A DNA stretch of 62,560 nt, filler included, from Choristocarpus tenellus KU-1152 (lineage: Eukaryota > Protista > Phaeophyceae), in the NCBI GenBank assembly GCA_964200185.2. It is 8 parts of 8 records of this genome, joined end to end, with 100 filler letters (N's around TTAATTAATTAA, not from the genome) between each part and the next. Parts side by side here need not be neighbours in the genome. Positions count along the whole stretch, not along the records: positions 1 to 5,594 come from CAXNAD020010302.1; positions 5,695 to 16,414 come from CAXNAD020002759.1; 6 more parts are not named here. One strand, given 5' to 3'. The notes beneath the pieces are model-generated. The model saw nothing but the letters and a program-made list of their open reading frames with translations. It was not told where the DNA came from and searched no databases. This document shows, piece by piece, positions 1 through 13,300 of the stretch; position 1 is the stretch's first letter, and every line of letters starts with the position of its first letter. A program made the position numbers and the translations under genes.

Positions 1-1849
1 TACACATATTATGTATATAGTTTTCATTGGTTTTCCCCTGACACATCTGCTAAATGTCAGAGGGCATAATAATATAATATATATGGAGTAATATAGAGTC
101 ATACCAATATATTACTATTTTGACAACTAAAAATAAATAAAAGTGACTTTGTTTTGTCCTTCGAGATCACTAGTTACAAAAAAACTGGAAATCGCGATCT
201 GCGCGCCTCAGGTATACACTCATATTATATATTGGTATTACATTGGTGGAATGTGGAATGTCACACCCACTCACTCTTTCATCATCATATTGGATAAGTA
301 GCCTCAAGTACTACCCAAGAGTATTGTGTAATCCACCGCCTGCTTCAAATTGAGATAATACTCTTGGGGACTTGCTTGGAAATGAGGATGTCAGGGCACA
401 GGCGTTCCAGATCAAAATCCTCACCTGCAAGTGACGAGTTACTGGATAGTGGATGGAGGTCGGACTCGGGGATGTTACGAACGATCTTCCATGAACTATC
501 CGTACTTGCCACAGACGCTGATGGTGTTAGCGAGAAGCTGAAGGTGAGAATCAGATTTGGGTTGAACTCTTGACGTCTGGACAAACAAGTCCATTCTATG
601 CATCGTCGCTTTGCAAAGTTTTATTTTTGGATATAGCTGTGTTCCAAAACCGTCCGTTTGGTTTGATCCATAACTTGTTTTTGTCTTACTTCAGACTGAG
701 GAGCATGTTGCACTCTTCCTATCTTTGGTTATTGTGGTATATCTTAGGCTTGACATAAGCTCTTCTTGTCTGATTTGGTTGATTCTGCTCGATTTCACCT
801 TCAATAGCAATGCTTTCTGGTGATGCCCTGACGTCGTGGTCCCCGAACTGGATGTTGTTGCTAGGCAAACATCATTCGTCAACGGGAAAGGTTACGCAAA
901 GTAATCGAGGAGAAGGGAGGCAAGAAGCTCAAATCCAAGGTAAATTTGCAAAACAATGCGCTGAACGACACCCTGGCATAACTAAGAATTTGTGGAAGTA
1001 AGGTAGGGCACATCAAGACCAACTAATTCTCGGCGCATTATTTGGAGCACGTTCTGTGTGGGACTGATTCACGCCCACGAGCTGGAAATGTTCATTTCAT
1101 ATTTTTGCATCCTGGCTGATTTGCTATCATTTCGAAACACGTGAACAGGATTGTGGAATGGTATGTCCGCGTGTCCTGGTAAGCAATGTATCCTGATAAC
1201 GGTAGATGGAGTTATTCGGAGTCAAAGGAACGTTTGACAATATCCTAGCTTATGCAACATTTAGAAGAGGGGAATGAATTACCAGTGAACGAAAAGTGTT
1301 CACTCCCCTGAGATGAATAGTTGGCTGGCTGATGTATAGTGCTATGAATTCCTCCCCTTCACAAATCTGAGATTATTTTTGTACAACGTGGATGCAATAA
1401 AACCTTTCCAACGTCGTAGTCTGAATTAGTCTGAATTAGTCTGAAGTAGTCTGAATTAGTTGAAGCCAATATCTCCACAGTTATACTATGCTCATGATTG
1501 TGCCTAGAACGTAGATATCACTTGGTCATTGCTGTTCAGTTTCATCTCCTTTTTTATACTTCAGAGCACTATTCATTATTATTTTTTTTTTTTAAGTAAA
1601 CGAAAAGTACAAGCGCCACGGCTCACGTCATAGAGCAGATGCTGCAGGCGCACATTTCTGTGTCCAGAGCCCGTTTGCTAACCTACAGCTTGTCCCTTTG
1701 GATGGTTTTTTGATGTGCTATATCCAAAGAGATTAATGCCGAATTCTACTCAGTCCACTCATCCTCCTTACCTCCAATACGGTGATTGCTTCTTTGTCCC
1801 TAAGCGTCATGGCAAACCTTGTCCCTGCCCTCCTGGACCTTTCTCTCAG

Positions 1850-4800
1850 TTTGCAGAACCTTTGAAGAGGCGGAAGCAAGAGTTTAGAGTGAAGATCCGA
1901 AAGGTGCAAACTGATGGTGTGTCCCTGGCGATGTTTCTTATTTTATTTTATTTTGGACTACAGAAAAAAATACCACACATGTGAAACTACAATTTGGACT
2001 ACAGAATAGAAACTACAATTTGGCTGTGTGGTTGATGTGGGGATTCCATTTTTATTTTCACATGTGGGGTGAGGAAAGATTCAAAGCAAGAGTTTATGGC
2101 AGTCGAAATATTATGACATAAACAAAACTCTCGATTATGCAGCTGTGGGTGTTTGGGCTCTATTGCTGGTGAATGTTGTATGATATGCATATTCCCAAGA
2201 CATGAGTACTTGTGTAACAGTGGTGACTCAGGGCAGCATTTTTGGATATGGGTGCATGTGTGTATGTACTGAAAGAAAACATGGCAGTGACATATTTTTG
2301 TTGTTGGGAAGAGTGGGTCTAGTTTGTCACAGTTGTGTTCTAGCATGTGCATATGCATTGGAATAAAAGATGGCGGTGACATATTTTTGTTGTTGGGAAG
2401 ATTGGGTCTAATTTGCCACAGTTGTGTTCTGCTCTTCCTTTTCTTTTTGCTACTGTGCGGGTTGGTTATACTGTCAATGTACAACTTGCAAAAAAGTCAA
2501 CCTAGCCTTTCCACCTGTAGTTGCGCTGAAGCCCTAGTGGATGAAAAATATTTCTTTTTGTTACCTCTACTATCCATTAATTATTTTTTTATGCAGCAAG
2601 AGTGATTAGTGTTCTTACTGTATCCATTGCTTACTAGAAGCGTGTTCATTTGACTTTAAAAGTACAACTCTAATTGTTGTTGTGATGATGACTTCTTTTT
2701 TTTTTTGACTTTGAAAGTACAACTCTAATTGTTGTTGTGATGATGACTTCTTTTTTTTTTTACTTTGAAAGTACAACTCTAATTGTTGTTGTGATGATGA
2801 CTTCTTTTTTTTTGACTTTGAAAGTACAACTCTAATTGTTGTTGTGATGATGACTTTTTTTTTTTTCGAAGTGTGTATTGTTTCATACTTCAGTTCGAAA
2901 TGTTAATAATTTGATGTCTCATTTTAATTTGAAATGTTAATTTGATTTCGTATTTTATTTTGAAATGTTATTTTGATTTCTATGATACCAAACATTTAAC
3001 TTTTTCTTCTTCGCAGGTGGTGACAGGAGACCCTACCAAGCGTGTGAGAGACCACCTCAGGGAGAAGCGAAGGCAGCCCCCGATGATCAGGTTCCTGGAC
3101 AAGGCTGCCTTCTTTGTTGGAGTGAGAGAGCTTGCTGACCATCAGAGGGAAATGAATAGATGTCAGAAAGCAATGACCATGTAGCTGTACCATCATGATT
3201 ATCGGGTATATCTATCGGGTATATCTATCCCCCACAATGTTCTTCTTCTCCGACCATAGGCACCTACTGATGAATGTTGACCTCCTCCTTGTATCCTCTT
3301 ACGTTGACCTCTTACGTCTTATGTCCCCGTGTTGCATTCTATTCATATGATAAGTGTGGCTTTAGAGATGTAAGTGTGCATAGGCTTTGCGTTTATCATC
3401 TCTCAACAAATCAATTCAAAATGCACATCAAGGCAATCCTTCTTTCTGTCCATCCATCCATCCATCCATCCATCCCCCCATCTGTCGGTGGTGAAAGTCA
3501 TACGTTTGTGTTCTTATTTTGTATTTTATTTTCCTTCCTATTTTTAAAAATTCTATGTATGGCGATGAGAAGGTGCTTGCTCTGGCAGGGAGTGAGTACG
3601 TAATGCTGCAGGCTCCACATCGCTTCTGGGTGTGGTATTCGACGATGATCCCCCTCATGATGCTCATGCGATACCCATATTACCGCCATCGCAATTGGCA
3701 CTTCTTCCTCTTGGACTTTTGCTACTTTGTTCAGGTGAGGCACTGGGAATAGTGAGGAAAGACATGTATGTATGTATGTATGTATGTATGTATGTATGTA
3801 TGTACTGAATTTGTCTTAATTGTAACATATCTTTTCCACTGTATACACTATATACACACTATATACTATACTGCAGTTTGTTACTATAGCCGTGGCTGTT
3901 GTTACTTATGGCACTTTTCTGATGAATAGGGTCTCTCTGTCAGTGGCATGGGTTCACTTATCGTGTGTGTGCAGGTAGGGGTTAGAGGTGAGAGGTGTGA
4001 GAATGAGTTGTCCATGTAGCGTGATTGGTGTGGCCTTGGTGGATGAGGCATACAGAGTCAATGGTAGTAGTGGTGGTGGTGCCAGAGTTGATTGCATCAG
4101 TAGTTTTATTTGTGGTAGTTGAGGTCAGGTCTGTATGGTGTATTTTATTTTTTATTTTGGTTCCGATTGTATCAGAACTGACAAGAAAAAATTATTGAGA
4201 CTCTTGTTTGTTTCTGTGGAAATTTTTGAAATTTCTGAGTTTATCATGGTAGTAGCAGTTTTGACGTAAGAGGACTATGGTATGATGTACTATATTGGTG
4301 GATGGACTGCCTGCCCTGATGATGACTCTTCTTGACACTGATGAGGAATTGCAGTTGTGGCCTGATTGAATCTTGACTTGCTAGTTGAGAATGGTAGTCG
4401 ATGCGAGGCAGGCAGAGGGAGTAGTGGATGCGATGATAATCGATGAGGATGGTGACCAATGGTGTGATGATGATGATCAATGAGGATGGTGATCAATGGT
4501 ATGATGATGATGATCAATGAGGATGGTGATCATTTGTGTGATGATGGTGATCAATGAGGATGGTGATCATTTGTGTGGCAATGATGATCAACGAAGCATA
4601 CATTTTCAATGAAGGTGTTTTGCTCCAGCTGTTAATCCTGTTCTCTCTGGAAGAGAGGTTGGGAGGGCGATGAGCATTGCGACATTTGCACGTCAGTCTG
4701 AGCCAGTTAATAGCCAGTTGTAAAGCCTCTGATGGTTGAGGGAGTTAAATCAGTCACATACCAGTACAAGTGTAGTGGACGGGCGCATGCACACACACCA

Positions 4801-5462
4801 TCATCAGTCACACTGTTAGTCAGTGGCAGTGAGTGATGATGCGTTGGGGGGTTCTGCGTTGGAAGTTGCACTGAATTTTCTTAATTGAAGTTGTAGAAGT
4901 GACTGCAGGATGTTACATTAGAACACCTAAGGTGAGAGGCGGTGGGGGTCAGAGATGTTCAACACAGAGAGGTGATGGTGTTGAGGTAGGTAGAGCTTGT
5001 TGGAACGCATGCAAGGGACTGTAAATGGCTAATCCTAGCTCACCTTAGCTTTGGAAGATTTGTTGGGCTGTGTGTGCATGCGAGAGCAAGAGATGATGTA
5101 GGTAGAGCTGGTTGGTGCTGGTAATGAACCAACAACCCTTAGAGATTAATATATCAGAGATGATAACACAGTCAAACTCATGCCTATGGTTGTCACCACC
5201 TACCACCCCACTCCTTGATGTGACTACAGGCTTTTGCCTTCCATTTTGATTATCCTTACGACCGCCTATGTGATGGTCCTCCCCCTTGCATTCTCAACCC
5301 TGTTGCCCTTAAACTGGTGCGTAGCTGTGTTGCTTGGTGAGGATTTTTGTACTGAGAGAAAGCTGTGTACTCCTGAAGATGATCTTCATGTATGGATTTG
5401 GTCCTCTGTCTGGAGCGGTGCCCTTATGGAGGAACAGTCTAGTCTTTCATGATGTCGATAAG
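1850..5462 (+). CDS. GPC1: Glycerophosphocholine acyltransferase (GPC1/GPCAT, DUF2838 family), partial multi-exon gene
   Basis: Exons ~1850-1903, 3017-3121, 3573-3734 and 5325-5462 join in frame via GT-AG introns. Product: ...IRFLDKAAFFVG|VLALAGSEYVMLQAPHRFWVWYSTMIPLMMLMRYPYYRHRNWHFFLLDFCYFVQ|LCCL...FGPLSGAVPLWRNSLVFHDVDK. The xHxFLxDFCYF and WRNSLVFHxxDK motifs are characteristic of DUF2838/GPC1. First exon uncertain; 3' end lost at the contig break. Confidence 0.88.
2649..2866. repeat. ~54-bp tandem repeat x4 with variable T-tail (GPC1 intron)
   Basis: Unit tgactttgaaagtacaactctaattgttgttgtgatgatgacttc(t)n. Confidence 0.9.
3766..3803. repeat. (TATG)n microsatellite
   Basis: Direct reading. 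Confidence 0.9.
4435..4590. repeat. Imperfect GAT-rich tandem repeat
   Basis: Recurring gatcaatgaggatggtgatca units. Confidence 0.75.
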
Positions 5463-5594
5463 GTGGGAGGGAATAAGGGGCAGGATGGGGAAGGGAGGGG
5501 AGGGGGGGGGGGGGGGGGGAGGGAAAAAAAAAAAAGGGGGGGGGGGGGGGGGGGGGGGTTTTTTTTTTTTTTTTTTTTTGTTTGGTTTTTTTTT

Positions 5595-5694
5595 NNNNNN
5601 NNNNNNNNNNNNNNNNNNNNNNNNNNNNNNNNNNNNNNTTAATTAATTAANNNNNNNNNNNNNNNNNNNNNNNNNNNNNNNNNNNNNNNNNNNN
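5595..5694. other. Artificial contig linker (44N-TTAATTAATTAA-44N)
   Basis: Identical 100-bp spacer with six-frame stop codons, repeated seven times in the window. Confidence 0.98.
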
Positions 5695-6298
5695 GGGAGG
5701 GGGAGGAGGGGGAGGGAGGTTTGTGAGGGGGCGTCCGTTTTGGTCAAACACCTCTTTTTTTTGCTGACATTTCAAATCCGACATTTTGCGACCACATCAC
5801 ACCAAAAAAGTGAAAATCGAAAAAAGGGTGAAAAAAGGACGCCTACATCCCCCCCCCAGATGCTTTGATCCAATCTCAGCAGTAACAGTGACTCGACTGT
5901 TCTCAGGAGCAACTTCTCAAGCATTGTATGAGTTGCGGGAAATAAATGTGCTCAAAGGGCAACTTTACCGGAAGGGTGAGGAAGAGGGTCCAAACGTATA
6001 ACCATATAAATGTTTCTTGACCATTGCACCAGCGAGATGATGGTCAGGATCCAAAATGATGATTTGAGTGTTAACATCATCAATACTCCATACCGCCACT
6101 AGGCTGAGAATTCGTTTTGAAGTAGGAACCTCTTTGATGACAGCATGCTCGGTGCAGAGGCATATATTAGAGCGACTGTACTGCAAGAATGGTATGAAAA
6201 ATTCTAACACTTGATCAAGATGAGCTTTTCATTTTCTAGTTCTGTTCCCATTGAAACTGTAAGTAGATTCTAAAATGACAGTACTAGACGTAATTTTT

Positions 6299-6556
6299 GA
6301 ACAAAAGTATCTTAGAGGGTAAGAGTTTTGCCCTATTTGTCCATTTGGGGCTTGGCTTCCCTCGGGGTTCTTATGACAGTTTCCTGCTCCAAAATATTTC
6401 GGACTAGGTAAAATGTGTATATTATTAAAAGGTGTGTCAGGAACAAGGATATTGACACTTCCTAACAAACACAATAGCCAAAATTACATCGAAATCGCAA
6501 TAATGGATTTTGGCTCCCAAATGGACGCAGCTCTACTCTCTAAGATACTATGGCTC
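6299..6556. mobile_element. MITE family A copy (~255 bp, TIR AAAGTATCTTAGAGGGTA, Sola-like)
   Basis: TIRs gaacaaaagtatcttagagggta / tactctctaagatactatggctc. Internal sequence aligns by eye with the other copies. Flanks tttt/gttt. Confidence 0.85.
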
Positions 6557-6835
6557 GTTTCCACAATTATTATAATCTGTTTGGTCGAGCGATCTCACTC
6601 ACAGTGTGCTATGTGGAGCCAAATCTATGCTAAGAGGTTAATCTGCTGGAAGTGTTGTTAAAGAGGATTTAAAGATGCATAGGGCTTAATGCTCTGCTAT
6701 TTTCATATTGAAATTGTTATCAAGACATTGAATGATGATCAGCAATGCTCTCTTTCGGGGGCAACCTTCCACATAGTTTCCTAGATCAATCCCAACATGT
6801 GGCCATGAGATATTTCACTACTAGAAGAAATGTCG

Positions 6836-7094
6836 GAGTGAAAGTATCTTAGCGGATACGAGTTTTGCCCTATTTGTCCATTTCGGGCTTGGCTTCCCAT
6901 GGGTTATCTTCTGACATTTTCTTACTTCAAAATGTTTCAGAGTGGGAAACGTGTATACCCCATGAAAATATGTGTCCAGAACATGGATATTGACACTTTC
7001 TAACGAACAAGACAGCCAAAATTACATCAAAATCACAACATTGGATTTTGGCCCCCAAATGGACGCGGCTCTACCCTCTAAGATACTTTGGCTC
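6836..7094. mobile_element. MITE family A copy
   Basis: gagtgaaagtatcttagcggata ... taccctctaagatactttggctc. Flanks gtcg/gtca. Confidence 0.88.
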
Positions 7095-7387
7095 GTCACA
7101 GGCACAATAAATCGTAGCAAGTACTCCAAGACAACTGCTTTCTGATTGTCTTATCCGTGAATTGATTGTCATCACCCAAAGCAATGACCTCAGCAGTAAC
7201 AGATGCAATTCTGAATCAAATTTCGTTAAGCGCCTCATATTGGGAGGACTGACCTCTCTCAGATTGTGTCGGGTGCATCCAATACTATACCCAAGGATGA
7301 CTACCACTGTTGTACGTGACAAACAGGAAGGGTGTTCAGTCATGGATCTACGTCCAGATTTGAACCGTTGTAGATTGTTCTTCTTAC

Positions 7388-10300
7388 CTGAGCTTGGTAC
7401 ATGTTCAGCTCAGATGCCATTGCCTTCATTTGCCTGGTCTTCTCCTTCAGGCTAGCTTGATATACAGAAAGTTGCTCTGCAACCTCTGGCCCTGGCTGTC
7501 AATTCAGGGGATGATCCAGTGTTCACAGGGAATGACAGGCAAAAACATAGATTGGAAATGTGATATTTGCCTCGGGTCTTAAACTGCCACATCGGATACT
7601 GTAGTACATTGTCAATCCAATCATAGTTCTCTAATCCCCCTTCACTGACATGAGCTCAAGTCAAGATTTACACGTCTAGAGTGTTTTGACTCATGAGCAC
7701 TTGTCACTCCAACCATTCCCCACCCTTACCCCAGTACCTCCCATTCCCTAACACCAATCCTCCTTGGTTTTCTTGAAAATGAGTATTTTGGTGAAGGGGT
7801 CGACAGAGAAACATGAACAAGGCGATGCTACAGTGTGTACATGTATGCACATTCGTTCTCACTTGTCGTGCGAGGATGACCTTCATCTCCTTATAAAGTT
7901 TCTCCTTCTCCTGGAGAAGGAGGTCTCTCTCCACCACCTTGAATTTGTGTAGGGCTTGGGTTAGGGATATCAATAGGGTCATTTCAAGGTTGCGAAAAGA
8001 AGTAGATTGTTGTGCAAGCACAAAGTGGGTGGAGTTATGGCTAGGATCAAGGTTGAAGAAAATGGGGGTCGTTTGTATTAATGAAAATTCAAGGCACATC
8101 AATGAGATGGAACAAGGAATGGAGAGGTGGGGGTGTGTATAGTCTTGGTATTGTGAGGGGGAAGCTACACCTTGGGACTATGATATAAGGGGTTTCGGAG
8201 GGCAATGACTACTGAAATAAACTCTGGTGTGTAATTTGGTTCAGTGCCAATCTAGGGGTGTTGCGAGATGGATGTGCAATTTCCACTACTAAATCTCGTT
8301 TTGTTAAGTATGAGCACATGGACAACATATCTCTTGGAAATATTGGAAAGGTGAGAAGTGGGGGCCGAGAATGCCTATCATTAGTATAGGAGCTCTTCTA
8401 CCCTGTAAACTTCAGCAAAAATTGGTTTTTTATCTACCTCCTTCTACAGTAGGTATGGTGGCTACAAGCGCTGATACTTTTGTTCACACTATGTCTAGGG
8501 GTGTCTTGCCTCTGTGCAACATGTTGTGATCTTTGATCTCCTTACGGGGTTGGCTGCCATACTCCATGAGAAGCCTCTTTTATTCTTTCAAGTCCTTAAC
8601 ACAATATTCCACCACTCGTTTCTGCTTTGTCTCTGGGTATAATGTACAACCTAGAAACTTCTTTTGCCTGGTGTTCGTCATTTTTTTCTACATTCCACCA
8701 AGACGTTATTAATATACATTTTCAAGCATCATTGCGGTATAACCCATCTCTACAAAAGAGGGATGGATAAAATGAATATCAGTCCCGTATTTTCATCATT
8801 TCACTCACATGTCGATGATCCTAACATTGCCTTTGTTTTTTATCATTTCACCTTCCCTTGCCACTGTTCTGTTGTCCTCTCACCTCTTCTGTCTTGGCGA
8901 TGAGTCGCTTCTGTAAAGTGTGAATCTTCTGGATCATCTCATATGTGGTAGGGTCGCTCCCCTCCAGCTTCCTCCACCGGTGAACGTTCATTGGGTTCTC
9001 CAGCTCCTCACTCAAGGCTTTTACCTTGGTCTTCTCCTGTTCCGTGAGCAATAATAATTACATCAAAATATATGCTAAGGTCATGGAAGTATAGGAGGGA
9101 GTGTAGAACAAAGGAATCCTGGCAGCTGAATATGTTGTGTGGGCGATTCTGTTCCTGTAAATACTTGCCTTTTATGTCATGTCCCCTATGCCTACCCCTC
9201 ATTCATATTTTGTCTCCATCTTGGGTTGACTCTTGTGTATTCAGGGTTTGGGCTTGGGCTTGGATATGAACTGCTTAATAGGGTTGGTTAAATATGGGAA
9301 GGAAGGTCGTAGCTGAAGTTGAAGGGCCATTTCTAATTCTCTATGCCGTGCAGGGGTTAGGCTCATAGGAAAGCCAGGGGAAAAGAGTACAGAAGGTAAT
9401 AGTTACAAGATGGGACTGGGAAAAAGTTGTATGACCTTGGGTTTGAATACAACCTTGCTTCAAAGTATGTAATTGTCATCCATTGTGAAGAGAGGGAGTA
9501 CAGGTTTGATGCCGCCTCTGGAGAGTGGTATGCTGCAGTGGGGTGCAGCTAATATGCATCATCCCCTATAACTGGTTGTTGTGGTATGTATTTAATTGAG
9601 AGGAGCAAAGGAGAGGGTGAAAGGGAAAGTTTGCACATTTCTGTAGTTCATTGTTTGGGGTAAGGGCAATAGCAGCAGTGAGAATCAATTCAGTCACTGC
9701 CTCTCTTGCCTGCAAGAGATCACGCTGTAGCTGGACAGTCTCGCGACACATCTCGTCCATCTGGTTGCTAGACCCCCGTGCAATTGCTAGGTCACGCATG
9801 AGGTCGCTGCACTTGAGCTTGAGTGAGCGTATATCCATGAGTCTCTGACTGTACCCAGCTTCCCCCTTTCACATTGTTTTACAGTGGAAAAAAATCATCA
9901 GTTGGAGTGAGAGATATGATGGAAGTGGGTTTGTTTAAGCTGGGTTTCATAGCATAGATACAGCTTGTGTAGTGTACATCTTAGGAAAGCGCAGGGAGAG
10001 TGAATAACATATTCTGGTATTTTTGAAGACTGGGTACGGTGTGTGGCTATGACTTCACTGTATTGTCGAGTTGAATGCCATCGCTGGGACATAAGGAGAA
10101 CAAAGGCTGGAACCATGGGCAACGACTTCTGAAGTTCATGCAGTCCCTTGATCTTTGCCCTGACCCTCCAATTATTTTGTCTTCTTAATTGCATTCCTAA
10201 GGATATCAAAAGTAGTGTACAGTAGATATATTTCCTCTTTTGCGTCTATTGCAGAAGTCTCATCAGAAAGTGGCTGGTTTCCAACTGTTCCTCCAGAGCA

Positions 10301-13300
10301 TTCATTGAGAACCGTGAAGGGGATGAATTCAACGAGTAATAAGATGCAAAAGGCATACCCTCGCATAACCAGGCACACAAAATCCCAGTCCAAAATCCAA
10401 CCTAACAAATCGACTGATTCCCTCTGCCCCTATACCTTCTTGAGAGTGCTCTGCTGAATCTTCAGCTTTTCATACAACAAAGCCAGCTCATCATTGCGCC
10501 GTATAAGTTGTGTCCCTAGGATATCACGTTCATTGATCACCTAACGGGTGGTAGGAAATGTGGAGGGGAGGGGGGCATAGTAGAGTTAGATGGTTAACTG
10601 ATGGTAAAAACTCCAACCTCAAGCCCTGGTCTTAAATAGTGGAATAGGGTGGGAAGATATTGGTTTAGTGCGGGGTGATACTGACAGCAGATATATGCCA
10701 TTATTGAGGTATCCCTAGCAACTGTAACTTTTGGGTTAGGGTTAGGCCTTAGCTATTTGACAAATCCCTTCGAATACACAGCAATGATTGGGTACCCCAA
10801 ACCATCAGTGGCATTGAGCTATTTGCAAACTTCCTTGGATCCTGTCCAAAGCTCAGAGTCTGAAAGTTCAACCTCTGCCACACTTAGAACCTGATAACAT
10901 TGTTGATATGTAGACTTATACTGTAGACCTAAGTTTGCTCTGTTCTGACACACGCAGCAGCAAGCATTTTGAGGTAAACTAGAGACACACAGTCTACTTC
11001 CCACTAGATATTACAGATGCCCATTGTTTCCTCTTGGTCCGTGGTGTTTTGCATGGAACATCTTGTGTGTCGACAGCCTCATGTTATTGGGGGTGCTTGC
11101 TTATGTGTTTGTAGTGCAAATGCTCACAAAGCGCATACTCCTTTGCAGATTTATTAGCATTAAACAAAAAAGATGGAAGGCAAACAGAAGCATTCACACC
11201 ACAAACATCTTGTAAGGAACTATGGTGGCGCCCTCTCTTCCCGCTTAGAATCATTCTCCTGTGAATACTTCTTGTGAATGGTTGGCTCTGGACCCATTAC
11301 TTCAGTATTGGATGAAAGGCTAAGTGCTTATACATGGGATATGCTACATGACCCAACGATTCAATTAAAAAGACGAGAAAAAGCGAGTTCTCTGTGAGGA
11401 TAGCCTTATAGATCACACCCTTGTGTGAAGTTTGGCGATATTCTTCTGTGATCTCACTTGCTATGTGTAATGCACTGGAAATGGCCAGTCTGTGGAGCAG
11501 CACAACTTCATCTACAATAGCATCAGTTGTAAGGCAGTATATGTTATGATCTTGTGCGTTCAGACTGCACCTTCTGTCCCTTCTACCAAATACACTTTTC
11601 CATCATGAGGTGGAAAGATCTTTGGTCCATAGTATCCTAGAGGTGGTGGGGTTAGCCCAGGAAGTCTGTTCGAGGCTTGACTGAGTGTAGTAAAACACTC
11701 TAGTTTAATGGCCATTTTGTGGGTGATTTTCCTTTCGGATTTGGTCCAGGCAGGGAGATAGAAAAGGAAGGTTTCATCTGACACTCTCACTCATATGACA
11801 TAAAAATCACAACAGGGGTCATACGTGCCCCAAATCGACGCCTGACCCCTCTCTAGGATACTATAGACCCTTTCCAAGCCCCTCTTATCTCAAGCATGGA
11901 AGGGAGAGAGATTCACTACTGAAGTTGTGCAAGTCGGAGACGAAATTGGTTGCTTTGGCTTTCCAGAGGCATGGGGTGGAAATTGGTATCTTCTGACACA
12001 CAGTTTTTCGCAAGCAAGTAACCAACAGCATCAAGTTCGAGTATCAGGGGGGAAGAAGCCCCTGAAAAGCTGCACTTATTCATTTTTTTCTGGAAAAATT
12101 TCTACCCGGCAGAGAAGATGGGGATGTCCCAGCCCCAACTGGACAATCATTTTATGGAGTATTTCTAAATGCAGCAGAGCTATGTAAAATTTAGGGTTAA
12201 GAGGGGAGTTAGGGAAAGAAGAGGAGGAGTGTTGTACTGTATATGCAGTAGTGTAGAAACAGTAGAGTATATCGTTTCTTCTTATCAGTAGTACCTTTGA
12301 ATCAGTCAATGAACTTAAAAAAGTTTGAATGAAGCAACAATCCAGTGCAGTTGGTGAGTATGACGATATACAGCAGTGATTCATGATGAGTGAAAGTATC
12401 TTAGAGGGCACGAGTTTTGCCCTGTTTGTCCATCTGGAGTTTCCCAAGAGTTTTCTTATGACGTTTTCCTACTCCAAAATATTTCGGAGTAGGTAAAATG
12501 TGTAAGTTATGAAAAGGTGTGTCCAGAACATAGATATTGACACTTCCTAGCAAACACGATGGCCAATTACATCAAAATCGCAACAATGGATTTTGGTCCC
12601 CAATTGGACGCGGATCTACCCTCTGAGATAATTTGGCTCTGATAAGCACCTGAATCATGTCAGTTATCACACAGATCTCTGATCTCAACTACCATTGAGG
12701 GTAGTTGAAAGTACCCTCTGCAATAAATTCTATGTCTTGTTTTATTTCAACACTATGTCCCACATGATAGCAACTAAATATAATAATACTCGGAGTACAT
12801 ACGATGTTATATTATTTTGTACTATGCTACTACGTTTTCGTATTATGTACTCCGTAATATATTACACTATGCACTTACGTATACAATGGTTTGAAATAGT
12901 AAGTAACAACATACCATTGCACTATTATATACTACTATCATCACTATATAGTACTTTTAAGTATTGTTTCTGGCACCTGATCGTACTCTTTTCGCTGCTT
13001 CAAGGCGTCTTCGTCCATCCGCCTCAACATGCCTGCCATGCGCCTCACCTCTGCATCCTGAGGGAGGCGATTCAACAAGTCGTTGGTTGATCCAAGGGAT
13101 ATCACAGGTGCGGGCCAGGTGAAGAGGCATGGTAGAGAGGGCAGTGCTTGAAGTATGTAGAGGTTGGTGATCAGGGGTTTTTGGAAAGAGAAATATGGTA
13201 CAGGCGTTTGTCCATGAATTGTTCTATGCTGAGCACCAAACACCTATATTTCACAAATCCTTCCATGTGCATAACTCAATTGTTCTATTTATTCCAAAGA

